Shown: positions 38,101 to 53,845, counted from the first letter of the stretch. The stretch is 64,000 nucleotides of DNA from Octopus vulgaris (GCA_951406725.2 OX597820.1:18538001-18602000), one strand, 5' to 3'. The notes: a model not told the origin generated them from the sequence alone. Numbers and translations: made by a program.

Positions 38101-39258
38101 TGGAGAGAGAGACAAAGTGACAGATAGATAGATAGATAGATAGATAGGTAGGTAGGTAGGTAGGTAGGTAGGTAGTTAGGTAGGTAGGTAGGTAGATAGA
38201 TAGACAGAGAGACAGATGGATAGAAAGAAAGACAGAGCAACAGAGAGAAAGACGTGAGACTGAGGTAAAATATAAAAATAAAAAAACTTCGAAAAACGCA
38301 TTAAAAGAAAACAAAACGAAAATAAGAATTAAAGCAACAATATTTATAAGAAAGAAAAAACAGCAACAAAGAATTTGCAGCAGAGAATTGAAAATAAAAG
38401 AGAAATTACATTTTTTTTTCTCTTGAGCATAAAGAATTATCAAAGACAGCTTTACAAGCATGCAACCAAAGAATTGTCAAATGCATAAATTGATAAACGT
38501 GACAGTATTTATTTAGCAAGTCTGGTGTGCATTAGCAATGAATATTTCAGATTTTGCATGCTTTTTAGAGTATATGCATGCATGTATCGTATGTGTGTGT
38601 GTGTGTGTGTGTCTTTAGTGTTGTTTTTTTGTGGTGGTACAAAAGCAGGTATTAAACACAGTCAAAAGTTTTGCAACTGTAGCTTCGTTTAGAGTTTTAT
38701 TATTTAAAATTTATTTAGCAATAGATTTAAGTGTTCGGTGCCGTGATTTTTACCAGAGGCAGTTGCTTGCTCTACTTAAATAGCAACGAAAATTTTGCTT
38801 TGAATCATCCCCTCTTTTTGGAGGGGGTTTTCTAATTTTTAACATACATGGCTTGTGGTAAAATGTTTGCTTTCCAATCACATGGTTCTGGGTTCAGTTA
38901 CACTGCATGGGCACCTTGGGCAAGTGTCTTCTATAGATTCAGGCCAACCGAAACCTTGTGAGTGGATTTGGTAGACAGAAACTGAAAGAAGCTTTTTGTA
39001 TATGTCCAACTCATGCCAGTATGGAAAGTGAATGCCAAATGATGATGATGATATAAACATATATACATCATCATCCTTATCATCATCATCATCATTTAAG
39101 GAGTGGCTGCATGGTAAGAAGCTTGCTTCCCAAACACATGGTTCTGGGTTCAGTCCTGCTGCATGGCACCTTGGGCAAGTGTCTTCTACTATAGCCTTGG
39201 GTCAGCCAAAGCCTTGTGAGTGGATTTGGTAGATGGAAACTGAAAGAAGCCTGTAGTG

Positions 39259-39290
<32 letters not shown>

Positions 39291-39762
39291 TATATATGGG
39301 TACTGGACATCACCAACAGTAAACAACATGAAATATAAAAGCAAATGAGTTCAATACGCAAATAGCAAGGGGAACAAATACATATATATATACATATATA
39401 TATAGACACACACACACGTGTGTGTGTGTGTATATATAGGCCAAATAAACCAGCCATCATCTAATTCTAATATCTATTTTGTACTGAAACTTAACTCTTG
39501 ACACTTATTGTCAGCATGACATGGCTGACATTAACTCTATAACACTTATTGCAAATCAGTCACAAGGCCCAGTGCTCATTGTAACATGCTTGTTTGAGTG
39601 CCTTACTGGGTCAGAGAGCTATACTAGCAAGCTCATAGTAGGACCTTGCTGGGAGGGCTGAACACAGAGGGATAGCCAGGTTGTAAAGTTATGGAGAGCA
39701 AGCAACTAAAAAAAAAAGGCATAACACATACCAAACAATTTTTAATTCATTTTTCATACATT

Positions 39763-40280
39763 TACTCCTTTCGGTCTTTTATTTGTTTCAGTCATTTGAC
39801 TGTGGCCATGCTGGAGCACCACCTTTTAGTCGAGCAAGTCGCCCCCAGGACTTATTCTTTGTAAGCCTAGTACTTATTCCATCGGATCTCTTTTGCCAAA
39901 CCACTAAGTTACGAGGACGTAAACTCACCAACATCGGTTGTCGTGTGGTGTTGGTGGGGGACAAACACAGACATACAGACATACACACACACACACACAC
40001 ACACAACAGGTTTCTTTTAGTTCCCATCTACTAAATTCATTTCTCATATATTTACTCCTTTCAGTCTTTTACTTGTTTCAGTCATTTGACTGTGGCCATG
40101 ATGGAGCACTGCCTTTAGTCGAGCAAGTCGCCCCCCCCCCCCCCGGACTTATTCTTTGTAAGCCTAGTACTTATTCCATCGGATCTCCTTTGCCGAGCCA
40201 CTAAGTTACTGGGACGTAAACTCAACACCATCGGTTGTCTTGTGGTGTTGGTGGGGGGCAAACACAGACACACAGACATA

Positions 40281-40312
<32 letters not shown>

Positions 40313-40480
40313 TACACATCAGGCTTCTTTTAGTTTCCTTCTATCAAATCCACTCACAAGGCTTTCGTTGGCCTGAGGCTATAGTAGAAGACACTTGCCC
40401 AAGGTGCCATGCAGTGGGACTGAACCCACAACCATGTTGTTGGTAAGCAAGCTACTTACAACACAGCCACTCCTGTACCT
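39763..40480 (-). mobile_element. Two tandem family-B SINEs (partial plus full)
   Basis: Duplicated tails at ~39763 and ~40052. Head ends ~40480. Confidence 0.88.
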
Positions 40481-40641
40481 ATTACAGGAAATATTTCATT
40501 TACATTATTAAATGTAATTGTATTCTACATTTATTAATTCTATGTTTAAGAAACATAGTTATTATGTATAAAACTTACAACAATTGAATGTGGCTTTTCA
40601 GATGGTCCCGTGACCATCGTGTGCCACCCTCTCACAAGGGA

Positions 40642-41030
40642 GAGTGGCTGTGTGGTAAGTAGCTTGCTTACCAGCCACATGGTTCTGGGTTCAGTCCCAC
40701 TGCATGGCACCTTGGTAAAGTGTCTTCTACTATAGCCTCAGCCAACCGAAGCCTTGTGAGTGGATTTGGTAGAAGGAAACTGAAAGAAGCCCATCATATA
40801 TATATATATGTATGTATTTGTGTGTCTGTGTTTGTCCCCTCAACATTGTTTGACAACTGATGCTGGTGTGTTTATGTCCTTGTAACTTAGCAGTTTGGCA
40901 AAAAGAAACCAATAGAATAAATACTAGACTTACAAAGTATAAGTTCTGGGGTAGATTTGCTTGACTAAAGGCGGTGCTCCAGCATGGCTGCAATCAAATG
41001 TCTAAAACAAGTAACAGAAAGATAAAAGAA
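40642..41030 (+). mobile_element. Full-length SINE family B
   Basis: Complete family-B sequence. Confidence 0.9.
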
Positions 41031-41870
41031 AGGTATTTGTGATGCAGGGACAGTCTGAGCCGTTGGTCAATCAGACACTGCTCAAGGTCCCGGAGCTCTG
41101 AGGGACCCCCACCCTATATGTTAACTCTACTGATATCAATGCTAAGGGGCCTGGTAAATAAACAGTTATGCCTGAGGGCCCTTAAAATTCTCAGTCAGCT
41201 CCTAGTGTGAAAGGAAAAGAATGAAACTCCACAAGATCATCCAGTGTCAAGAGATCACGACATCAGGGTTTGTTTTGGTTCTTCTGATGCTAGCAGCCAC
41301 CATCACATCACAGGGGATTGAGCAGACAGTTCAAAAACATGGGAGCCTGGTCAAATAAAGTAATGACTCCAGAAAGGTCATCTAAGACCATGCAATTAAC
41401 AGACACAAAACAAGATTCAATTTTTATCACATAAAGTGAACCAAAGAGTCAGAAATCTTGTTGAAAAACACCAGTTTTGAAAAATGTGCACTGGCGAGAA
41501 TGGTTGCACCCCTTGCTCCCCTATTGGCTACGCCACTGGCTGAACAGGTCAAAGAATAGAAACCAGACTAGTAGGTAAAAATGGGTTTGCATAGGGCCAA
41601 CACCCCTATCTAGAAAACATAAAAGCTACAGGCAAAAAAGTATTCCTTCCAGGGACAGATAAATATTTATTTGATATACACAATTTACAAAAAAGCTTCT
41701 AATAGTTTCATGCTTTTGAGATACAATAAATTAGCAGATTTATATAACATGCAATTTATCTCCAAGTAATCTTTCAGGCTCAGTACAGGCCATTAGATGT
41801 ATTTAAAAACCAGGACATTAGTCTATAAGAAAACATGATGACAATGATGAGGATAATAAGAAAACATGAC

Positions 41871-41904
<34 letters not shown>

Positions 41905-42799
41905 GTGGTGATGATGATGATGACAGTGATGATGATGACGGTGATGATGATGATGAGGCAGCTACACAGTTTGCATCTACCAAATCCACTCACAGGGTAC
42001 TGGTCAATACAGGGTTATGGCAGAAAGACACTTGTCAAGAAAATACCACTGAGTGGGATTGAACCCAGAACCACACAGCTGTAAAGAAAGCAAGCTCCAT
42101 AACCACACGACCAAGCCTTTGTCGTTAAGTGTACGCAGACATATTTTTTTGCAAAGAAAGGCAAAATTTGCATTCAAAGCAAATTTCTATGGATGCACAC
42201 ACACACAGCAAAAAAAAAAATCAGTTAAGGAAAACATTGTTCTTCCACCTTTTAAAAAGCTCCGTCTGTTTGTTTATTATATAAGAAACTATGGCTGTCA
42301 CCGCTCTGTTTGTCTCAATTCCCTGTTTGTATATGTGACATGCTGTGTCGTTATTCACAGTTTTAGTGCAACGTAAATAAAAACTGGCATGTGTAAAATT
42401 ACATGTGAAAATTGCTCGTGTGAATGACATTGGTAAGCTACGTAATAAGGAAATAACTTAATAAACAAAAATAATGCATTGGTATGTATACTAACACAAT
42501 CCGAAGAAAAATGTACAATGTCTTTTAACATGAGTTAGATGTTTTGAATGGCAGAAGAGAAATAAATGAAAAAGAAAAAAAACAACAAAAGCCTTGTTGC
42601 TATGGACGCAGAGTTTTAACATAGAAAATCCATAAAGACTGTTTGTTTTTTGGAGGGGTTTTTCTTTTGTTTGGTTAAACCTCAGTCATCAAGGTTGTAG
42701 ATAAAGTGCTGGTTGTTTATATTCTGTGTTCAAAATATTACGTTGAGTTCAAAGTTTTTGCTATATTTTGGTAACATATTTGATTAATTTGTCAAGTTC

Positions 42800-42955
42800 C
42801 AAACAAATGCAGCCTGGCATTCAAAGTAGAGGCCATCGTGTTGCATCGTCTGAAACGACCCTTTTCTTTCTGCCAGTTCTTTGATCCCATTCTGATACCA
42901 GTTCTTGTCCTTTGCAGCAAAGAATTCCTTCACTGAACCTTTCGCCCCCTCTTAG
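42800..42955 (-). pseudogene. Mariner transposase C-terminal fragment
   Basis: Minus strand SVKEFFAAKDKNWYQNGIKELAER..QTMQHDGLYFE. Confidence 0.75.
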
Positions 42956-43182
42956 TTGATGATTCACCATGAGCGCCAGAATTGAGCCATGGATTAGGAC
43001 AAATGCTAATCTATATGTGCAGGAGTGGCTGTGTGGTAAGTAGCTTACTTACCAACTACATGGTTCCGGGTTCAGTCCCACTGCATGGAACCTTGGGCAA
43101 GTGTCTTCTACTGTAGCCTCGGGGTGACCAAAGACTTGTGAGTCAATTTCATAGACGGAAATTGAAAGAGGCATGTCGTATA

Positions 43183-43322
43183 TATTGGGTTGTCCGGAAA
43201 GTTCATTCCAATTCTTAAAGGAAAGAAAAAGATCAATAAATACTTGCCATTACATTTTTAATCAACCAAATATGACCCATTTTGTTGCACAATGCGTCTC
43301 CATCTTTCCTTTAATTTGAAAA
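43183..43322. mobile_element. Mariner terminal fragment
   Basis: TA+TTGGGTTGTCCGGAAAGTTC TIR-like start. Minus strand LKERWRRIVQQNGSYLVD*. Confidence 0.65.
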
Positions 43323-43587
43323 TATAAGGACACAGAAAATGTGTCCAAGCCGACAGGAAACGTCGATGTTTCCTAGGGCTAAATGGCGGTGGTGTAATTC
43401 CTCTACGGGACTGTCACATTGAGTTGACAGTATACGACCACTATATCGCTCCACCACCGCTCATGTCTCTCTAAGACATTTAGAAATTCACTATTTCTAA
43501 TTTTAGTGAAAAACTCTTTCACATGAAACCATTGGTTGCATTGTTAATTTACAAATTAAGAATATATACGTATATATATATATATAT

Positions 43588-43883
43588 ATCACATGATCAC
43601 GTGACCGACCAGGCCATCAGATGTTGCTACACATCGCTGGTCACAATGCGTTTCACACTGTCTTAGCCTTCAAATGACGCCACCCCGCTGGCCAAGCGAG
43701 CAGGCCAACAGAAGAAAGAGTGAGAGAAAGTTGTGGCGAAAGAGTGCAGCAGGGATCGCCACCACCCCCTACCGGAGCCTCGTGGAGCTTTGGGTGTTTT
43801 CACTTAATAAACACTCACAATGCCCGGTCTGGGAATCAAAACCGCGAGTCCGCTGCCCAAACCAATGAGCCATTGCACCTCCA
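43588..43883 (-). mobile_element. Family-C SINE head with alternative tail 2
   Basis: Head and body match ~28722-28903. Tail CACATGATCACGTGACCGACCAGG.. is shared with 57697-57965. Confidence 0.85.
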
Positions 43884-43900
43884 TATACATATATACATAT

Positions 43901-43945
<45 letters not shown>

Positions 43946-44579
43946 GCAATTCCACACACTTTCTGGCTACCAAATTCGCTCACAACACATTGGTCAGCCC
44001 AAGAGCTATAGCAGAAGACACTTGTCCAAGGTACCATGCAGTGGGATTGAAACCAAGTCCATGCGGTCGTAAAGCAAGCTTCTTAACAACACAGACATGC
44101 ATGTGTCTATGTGCACTTCCTTTCTGTTTATAACACAACAGGTCATGATGTTTTAGGGAGATTTGGCTACTATTTCTAGTGGGTCAATTACAAGGCAAGG
44201 CAATGGCACCGTTGTTGGCCCAGGATCATGGTGTTTTGCAATGACAACGTCATACTAGTGATGGTGGGAGCTGGTGATCATCTTGTTAAAACAATATTGA
44301 TGTTGTTGTTGTTGTTGGTGGTGGTGTGGTGGTGGTGGTGGCATGGGCATTTATAGTGGACAGTGTGTCAATACTTGATATAGCACGAAACTTCTTTCAG
44401 AAACTAAATTTCTTCCCGGAAGGTTTTTTCAAAATTAAAAACAAACAAATAAATAAATAATTACATTATGTGTATGTGTGTGTGTGTTTGTGTGTGTGTG
44501 AGTGTGTGTGTGTGTATGTGTGTATACACTTAATAAATACATGCATATATATGTGCATAGATAGATAGATAGATAGATC

Positions 44580-44611
<32 letters not shown>

Positions 44612-45169
44612 CATAGATAGATAGACAAATGTGTGTGTGTGTAAATGCAAAGAGGGAGGGAATTGGCAGGGAGGAGGAGGAGGAGAAGAAGAAGAAGAAG
44701 AAGAAGAAGAAGAAGAAGAAGAAGAAGAAGAAGAAGAAAAGAAGAAGAAAAAGAAGAAGAAGAAGAAGAAATTTCATATAGAAACAAGTATGAAGGAAAG
44801 AAAGATGATAGATATTTAGATAGATAGATAGATAAATAGGCAGATAGATTAGATGGGAGAAAGCAAGGAAGAAATAATGAACGAAAAAAAAGAAAGAAAG
44901 AAGGAAAGAAAAAAAAACTATTCAGATATAAAATAAATGTTCAATTATAGAGAGAGATTTTTTTAACCAATTTCATAGTGAACAAAAGGACAGAGTTACT
45001 CCATTGAAAACCAATACAAGAGAATAGAGAGCAAAACAACACACACACATACACACACACACATACTGTTATATATGCACTAGCACAGAAATACACACAT
45101 GCACACATATACATATTTTTGTATACAGAGACATATAAATATATATGTGTGTGTGTGTGTGTGTATATA

Positions 45170-45229
<60 letters not shown>

Positions 45230-45262
45230 TATTTACATATATGCATATATAAAAATTAATTA

Positions 45263-45305
<43 letters not shown>

Positions 45306-45517
45306 CATATATACATATGCACATGTGCATAAATACATCCCAATATACTTACATACATGCACACACAGACACACACACTTCTTCATATAGATCCAGCTGA
45401 CTACATACATATGAACATGCACACATTCACACAATCATACAGAGTTGCATATATATATATAATTATATATATATATATATATATAAATGTGTATGTGTGT
45501 GTATATATATATATATA

Positions 45518-45560
<43 letters not shown>

Positions 45561-45782
45561 ATATACATATATACATATGTACATATATGCCAACACACAC
45601 ATTCATAAGACTAACTAACATGCATGTGAACATATGTAAATGTGTGTGTGTGCAGCACGTGTTTTATTTATAGACATATATTCCGTGCAACCACAAACAA
45701 ACACACATACATGTGCGCATTCATCTGCACGTACATATGCAGAGAAATAAAAGCTTGCAGAGACGCTTACACACACTCACCA

Positions 45783-45890
<108 letters not shown>

Positions 45891-45945
45891 ACACATATAT
45901 ATTCGCACGCACATTTGTGTGTCAGTGTATCCACGTGAGTGCTTG

Positions 45946-45976
<31 letters not shown>

Positions 45977-46164
45977 TGTAGCACACGTTGAAATTGTCAA
46001 TACCTGCCTGGAGATGAATGCTGTTCTTTTGAGAGGGAATAGCAAGATTGGTGAGCTGAATACAGATAACAAATACCTTGTCAAAAGTATTAGAATGCAG
46101 CCATAATTCAAATTATTTGGCTGTAGAAAACTATCAATTCAAAGAAAGATGAGGATAAAGATTG

Positions 46165-46720
<556 letters not shown>

Positions 46721-46871
46721 ATAGATATTTATCTATTTGTCTATCTATCCGTGTGTGTGTGCATGTGTGTGTACATACATATGGAGAAGTACATGTATGC
46801 ATATATATATATGTATGTATAGAGGTAGCTATATAGATGGTAGATAGACAGGTAGATATTTAGATATAGAG

Positions 46872-46946
<75 letters not shown>

Positions 46947-47123
46947 AAGACTCCAGTCTTGCATGGAAACCATGCCTGGCCATGGGAAATATTACTTTGT
47001 TTGGAGTCAGACAAGGATTGGTGACAGGAAGGGGATCCAACTGCAGAAAATGTGCTTCAACAAATTCCATCTGTTTTATGCAAGCATGGAACAGTGGGCA
47101 TTGAAGGATAGTGATGTCGATGG

Positions 47124-47182
<59 letters not shown>

Positions 47183-47402
47183 GTGGTGGTGGAAGTGGTG
47201 GTGATGCTGATGATGATGATGATGATGATGATATGTGTGTGTGTGTGTGTGTATTTATGTATGTATATATACAGATATATAGTATACACGTATGAATACA
47301 CCCACTCAAATAAGTGTATCCATCTCATAATTGAAAGGCATCTAGCTGTAAGATTCTGTCCAAGTATGTGTGTATATATATAAAAGATGTTGCGACACAT
47401 AT

Positions 47403-47447
<45 letters not shown>

Positions 47448-47469
47448 GTTGCGACACATACATACATAC

Positions 47470-47522
<53 letters not shown>

Positions 47523-47561
47523 TGTATACACACACAACGACTGATAAAAATAACAGAAACA

Positions 47562-47606
<45 letters not shown>

Positions 47607-48139
47607 TATACTTTTATATATCATCTTCATATCATCTGTTTAAGTTATTTGACTGCAGCCATGCTGGAGCATTTCCTTGTAGGGTTTCAGCCAAACAAAT
47701 CGACCTGAGGACCTAGCTTTTAAGCCTAGTACTTATTCTATTCGTCTCTTTTGCTGAACTGCTAAGTTACAGGGACATAAACAAACCAACACCGGTTGTC
47801 AAGCAGTTATAGGGGAAGAAACACAGACGCAAAGACACTTGCACACACACACATACATATGACAGGCTTCCTTCAGTTTCTGTCCACCAAATCAATTCAC
47901 AAGGGTTTGGTTGGCCTGAGGCTATAGTAGAAGGCACTTGCCCAAGGTACTATGCTGTGGGACTGAACTCAGAACTATGTGCTTGGGAAGCAAGTTTCTT
48001 ACCACACAACCATGCCTGCACCTAGTGGTATATATATATATGAAATTAAATAATAAGGGTAGAAATTGATATTAATCAATTAAAACCAGTGGCTTAGCAT
48101 ATTTAAAAAATCCAAAGATTCAAAATTGTATTACATACA

Positions 48140-48307
48140 TAGGCGCAGGAGTGGCTGTGTGGTAAGTAGCTTGTTTACCAACCACATGGTTCTGGGTTCA
48201 GTCCCACTGCGTGGCACCTTGGGCAAGTGTCTTCTACTATAGCCTCGGTCCGACCAAAGCCTTGTGAGTGAATTTGGTAGACGGAAACTGAAAAGAAGCC
48301 CGTCGTA

Positions 48308-48338
<31 letters not shown>

Positions 48339-48553
48339 GCGTGTGTGTGTTTGTGTGTCTGTGTTTGTCCCCCTAGCATTGCTTGACAACCGATGCTGGT
48401 GTGTTTATGTCCCCGTAACTTAGCAGTTTGGCAAAAGAGACTGATAGAATAAGTACTGGGCTTACAAAAAGAATAAGTCCCGGGGTCGAGTTGCTCGATT
48501 AAAGGCGGTGCTCCAGCATGGCCGCAGTCAAATGACAGAAACAAGTAAAAGAG
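48140..48553 (+). mobile_element. Full-length SINE family B; older inverted copy at 47635-48023
   Basis: Near-identical to 58588-59003. Confidence 0.93.
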
Positions 48554-48665
48554 TGAAAAATGTGTTCTCTTGAGAACACATTCTTCATGATAATGACGAT
48601 TTGACGTCTATGTTTAGCATAAAGGGTGTCCACTTTAGTAGTCATTCCTCTTAATTTTGTATGTA

Positions 48666-48716
<51 letters not shown>

Positions 48717-49051
48717 AGAGAGAAAGAGAGGCAGGTAGAAGGGAATGATAAATAAATAGCTAAGTATATAGACAAATTGAAAGCTGTGAGTGAAAGACAG
48801 ACAGACCAACAGACAGACACTGTGTGCAAACATGTGTGAGCATGTGCGAGAGAGAGAGAGAGAGAAAGTGCATATGCAACAAAGAGACTGATAAGCGAAA
48901 TGGAGAGAGGGAGACAGATAGAGACTGATAGAGAGAGGAGAGAGAGAGAGATTGGCAGAGAGCTAAGTGACAACTGGCAGAATAGAGTGAGAACTGGTTG
49001 AATAAATTCCACAAAAAAGAAGAAAAAGTCCATGGGGTGGGGACAAGAATG

Positions 49052-49085
<34 letters not shown>

Positions 49086-50506
49086 GAGGAGGAGGAGGAG
49101 GAGAGAAGATAGAGAGAAACTTGTGAGTGAAGGTGCTTGTGTATATCTGTATGTATACATCATGTATGCATGTAATTGTGTGTGGTTGTATGTGTATTGG
49201 TGGCTTTTTGTGTGCATGTATGCATGTGTGTGCGTGTTTTGTGTGTATATGGCTTTATGTGTATGTGTGGTTTTTTGTGTGTGTGTTTTTGTGTGTATGT
49301 AATTGTGTGTGTGTGGCTGTATGTTTATGGGTGGTTTTTGTGTGTGTGTGTGTGCATGTGTGTATGTGTGTTTTTGTGTGTATGCATTTGATATGTGTTG
49401 TGTGTGTATATATGTATGTAGATGTATATGAGCTTTTGTGTGCATGTATATATGTTTCTGTATGTATTCATGTATGTGTGTGTATATATATATATGTGTG
49501 TGTGTACGTGTTTACATATATGTGTTTGTGTGTATGAGTTTTTTGTGTGTATGCGTGCATGTGTTGGAGTATGTATGTGTGTATATGTACATGTTTGCGT
49601 ATGTGTGTATTTTGTGTGCATGAGATTTCTGTGCATGTGTGTAATTGTGTGTGTATGTGTGTATATGTGTGTATATGTTTGTGTAAATGTGTGTGTATGA
49701 GATTTTGCATGCAAGTGTGTGTGTGGATATATCTCTGTGTGTATGTGTGTATATGTTTGTATCTGTTTGTGTATATGTATGTGTGTATGTACCTGTATGT
49801 GTATGTGTGTATGTGTTTTTGTATGCACACCTATATTAGTGTGTGTGTGTGTGTGTGAGCATGTGTATGCAGGTGTGTGTGTAAGCATGTGTATGTGTGA
49901 GTATGTGTATGTGTGTGAGCTTGTGTATGCATGTATGCATGAGCATGTGTATGTGTGAGCATATATATGTGTGTGTATGTGCACGTGTGTGAGTGCATGT
50001 GTGTGTGTGTGTGTATGTGAGTATATGTATGAGTGTGTGTGTTGGAATATTGACATTGTTTGTATCAGATCAAAAATGGTTTTCATTTTTCAGTTCAGAT
50101 TAAAATCAATCTCTAAAGAATTTGACAACCACACTGACTGACAATAATCCATTTATTGTATTATACAGGTTTCCGTCAATAACTGGACTGTGGTCAGACT
50201 GGAGCACATCCCTCTATGACATGCATATAATTGATTAAATTGACATTGTCCACTCACACACACACACACAAGCTTGCTCATAAAGGCTACTGCTGAGGGA
50301 TCATCGGTAAAGAGACCCCAAGGTGGGATTTTTAAACTTAGAATTCTAAAAAGATATAATCAGATAATATGCAAATGCTTTGTGCAATTTTTGTCCAAGG
50401 CTTTACCAAATCTTCTATCCTTCCGTCGTTTATGTGCATATGTAAGTGCACACATTTGTGCAGGTGTGTATAAATATATATATACATATATATATATATA
50501 TGTATG

Positions 50507-50543
<37 letters not shown>

Positions 50544-50756
50544 GGGAGAATTCACAAAAGAAACAAAGCATGGACAACAGACATTAAATGTTCATGATGC
50601 TGATGATGCTGAAGATATATATACATACATATAGAGAGACAAACAGACAGAGAAATATATATCAGTGGATACTGAAAAGTTCCTGGCGTTGAGGGTATTG
50701 CGAAAGGCCTGGTTGGATGCCTAATCTTTCAATTTTTTCAACACAAATTCATAAAA

Positions 50757-50862
<106 letters not shown>

Positions 50863-50999
50863 GTTTGAAAATGAATATAGTTCTTGCAGAATTTTAAAGA
50901 AAGTTTTTGCAGAATTTTAAATTTTGGTTTTAAATTATGTATTTTCAAATTAATTTTCGTTAAATTACTTTGACTTTATATATATCATTTTAAAGCCTG

Positions 51000-52162
51000 T
51001 TTTTCGCTCTATCTAATCATGTTACTCTTTTTCTTTTTGAATAATTTATCATTTTTCTCCGGAACATTGAATACAACATGGACAAAAAGCATATTCACAC
51101 AATTTTCTTATTCCAGTTCAAGCTAGGCCAAAAAGCTGCTGAAACAGCTTGTGACATCAACGATGCATTTGGCCCATGAATCACTAATGAACGGGCAGCA
51201 CAATGGTGGTTCAAGAAATTTTGTAGCGGTGACAAGAGTCTTGAAGATGATAAGCGTAATGGTCGGCCATCAGATGTTGACAACGATCAACTAAGAGCCT
51301 CAGTGGAAGCCAATCCACACACAACTGTTCAAGAGCTTGCTTCTGAATTAGACGTAGTGTATATGACAATTTCCAACCGCTTGAAAGAGATTGGAAAGAC
51401 AAAATTATTTGAGAAATAGGTGCCGCATGAATTGAACAACCAAAAAAAAAAAAACGCCATTTTGAAGTGTCGTCTTCTCTCCTTTTATGCAACAAGAATG
51501 ACCCGTTTCTCAACTGGATTGTGACTTGCAATGAAAAGTGGATTCTTTATGACAATGGGAGACACTCAGTTCAGTGGTTGGACGCCGACGAAGCTCCATG
51601 GCACTTGCCGAAGCCAAAGCTGAACCAAAAGAAGGTCATGGTGACTGTTTGGTGGACTGCAGCCAGTCTTATCCATCACAGCTATTTGGATCCAGGCGAA
51701 AGCATAATGGCAGAGAAGTACTGTCAGCAAATGGATGAAATGCGTAAGAAACTCTGACAACAACAGCCAGCATTGGTCAATTGGAAAGCACCAATTCTTC
51801 TCCATGACAACACTCAGCCACATGTCTCACAACTGATTCTGCAGAGTTGAATGAATTGGGCTACAAAACTCTGCCTCATCTGCCATACTCACCAGACCTC
51901 TCGCCTACCGACTACCACTTTTTCAAGCTCCTCAACAACTTCCTGCGTGATAAATGCTTCAAAATCCAAGACGATGCCAAACACACCCTCAACGCCTTCA
52001 GGATTTATTTATGCTACTGGCATAAATAAACTTGATTTCGCGTTGGCAAAAGTGTGTTGATTCTGATGGTGTTTATTTCGATTAATAAAGTTTTGTTTGA
52101 GCCCAGATATGTGCATCTGAATTTAAAGGTTAAAAACCACAAGAATTTTCTTGACAACCGCA
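51000..52162 (+). mobile_element. Decayed Hsmar1-like (cecropia-subfamily) mariner, left TIR missing
   Basis: ATG 51078: MDKKHIHTIFLFQFKLGQKAAETA..QWWFKKFC..DVDNDQLRA..IVTCNEKWILYDN..QKKVMVTVWW..LLHDN..PH..YSPDLSPTDYHFFK..RWQKCVDSDGVYFD*. Right TIR followed by TA. Several stops and frameshifts. Confidence 0.93.
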
Positions 52163-52230
52163 TATATATATGTATATATATATGTGTATGTATATATATA
52201 TATATATAATATGTGTATATGTATATACGC

Positions 52231-52287
<57 letters not shown>

Positions 52288-52585
52288 TATGTGTGTGTGT
52301 ATATGTATATACGTGTGTATATATATGTGTGTGTGTGCAAACATATGTATATAATATATGTATATAAATCAACAGACAGACAGACAGACAGGAAGATAGA
52401 TATATAGATATATACACACACACACACACACCATACACAAATACACATTCTTATATGCAGATAGTGACATATATATATATATATATATATACATACATAC
52501 ATACATACATACATACATTCATACATACATACATACATACAGACATGCATACATACATACAGACATACATACATACATACATACA

Positions 52586-52623
<38 letters not shown>

Positions 52624-52659
52624 ACACCCACACCCACACACATATGTATGTGTATGTGT

Positions 52660-52704
<45 letters not shown>

Positions 52705-53060
52705 CATATATACATACATATATATATACATGCACATATAGCTTTTTTTGTTTTGTATTTTCAGTTTTTTATCTTGATTATCTTACTGTTTTCCTCATTT
52801 ACCAACATTTACCAATTACCACTGAAACCAATCATCTACAACCATTCTGTGCAATCAGTGGCCAACTTTTTCATGATACTTGGGGACACAAATTTAGAAG
52901 ATAATTTGTTTCTGTCATTAGGATAACGAAACTGTCAACATATTGATGTGTGTGCGTGTGAGTTCTTATGTGTGTGTGTGTGTGCTTATGTGTGTGTAGG
53001 TTTGTGTTTGTGTACATGTGTATTGGTTATATATGTATGTTTTATGTTTATTTATATACA

Positions 53061-53098
<38 letters not shown>

Positions 53099-53574
53099 AA
53101 TGTGTGTGTATAGCTTTCTGTTGATGTGTGTGTGTGTGTGTGTGTGTAGATGCAGGCATGCCTGTGTGGTAAGGGGTTCTCCACCCAGATGGTCCTGGGT
53201 TTCGGTTCCACAGCATGGAACCTTGGGCCAATATATTCTTACTACTTATATATGTATGTATGTACGTATATATGTATTTATGTATGTATGTATGTATTTA
53301 TGTATGTATATATTTATGTATGCATGTATGCATGTATGTATGTATACATGTATTTATGTATGTATATATTTATGTATGCATGTATGCATGTATGTATGCA
53401 TGTCTATATGCATGTATATATGTATGTATATATGTATGTATGTGTGCATGTCTGTATGTATATATGAATGTCTGTATGTATGTATGCATGTGTGTATTTA
53501 TGCATGCATGTATGTATGCATCTATGTATATGTATGTATATGCATGTTTATGTGTGTGTATGTATGTATTCATA

Positions 53575-53649
<75 letters not shown>

Positions 53650-53672
53650 ATAGTTAAACAGATATGCTTTGT

Positions 53673-53845
53673 TAAAAGCAGCAAAAATATCACAAGAACT
53701 GTTACTCAGAGTTTTGTCTTCCCATTCATCAGACAGTTTTGTTTATCACTTTTGTGATATTTTTGTTGCTGTTTTATGAAGCATATTACTCTACCTCTGG
53801 TATTCGAGTACTACTTTTTCCACCTTGTTTTGCATTTATGCGCCT

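Noticed and set aside
41045-41204. hAT-like MITE (CAGGGACAGTCTGAG...CTCAGTCAGCTCCTA)
   Set aside because: TIR and TSD are too degenerate to support a call.
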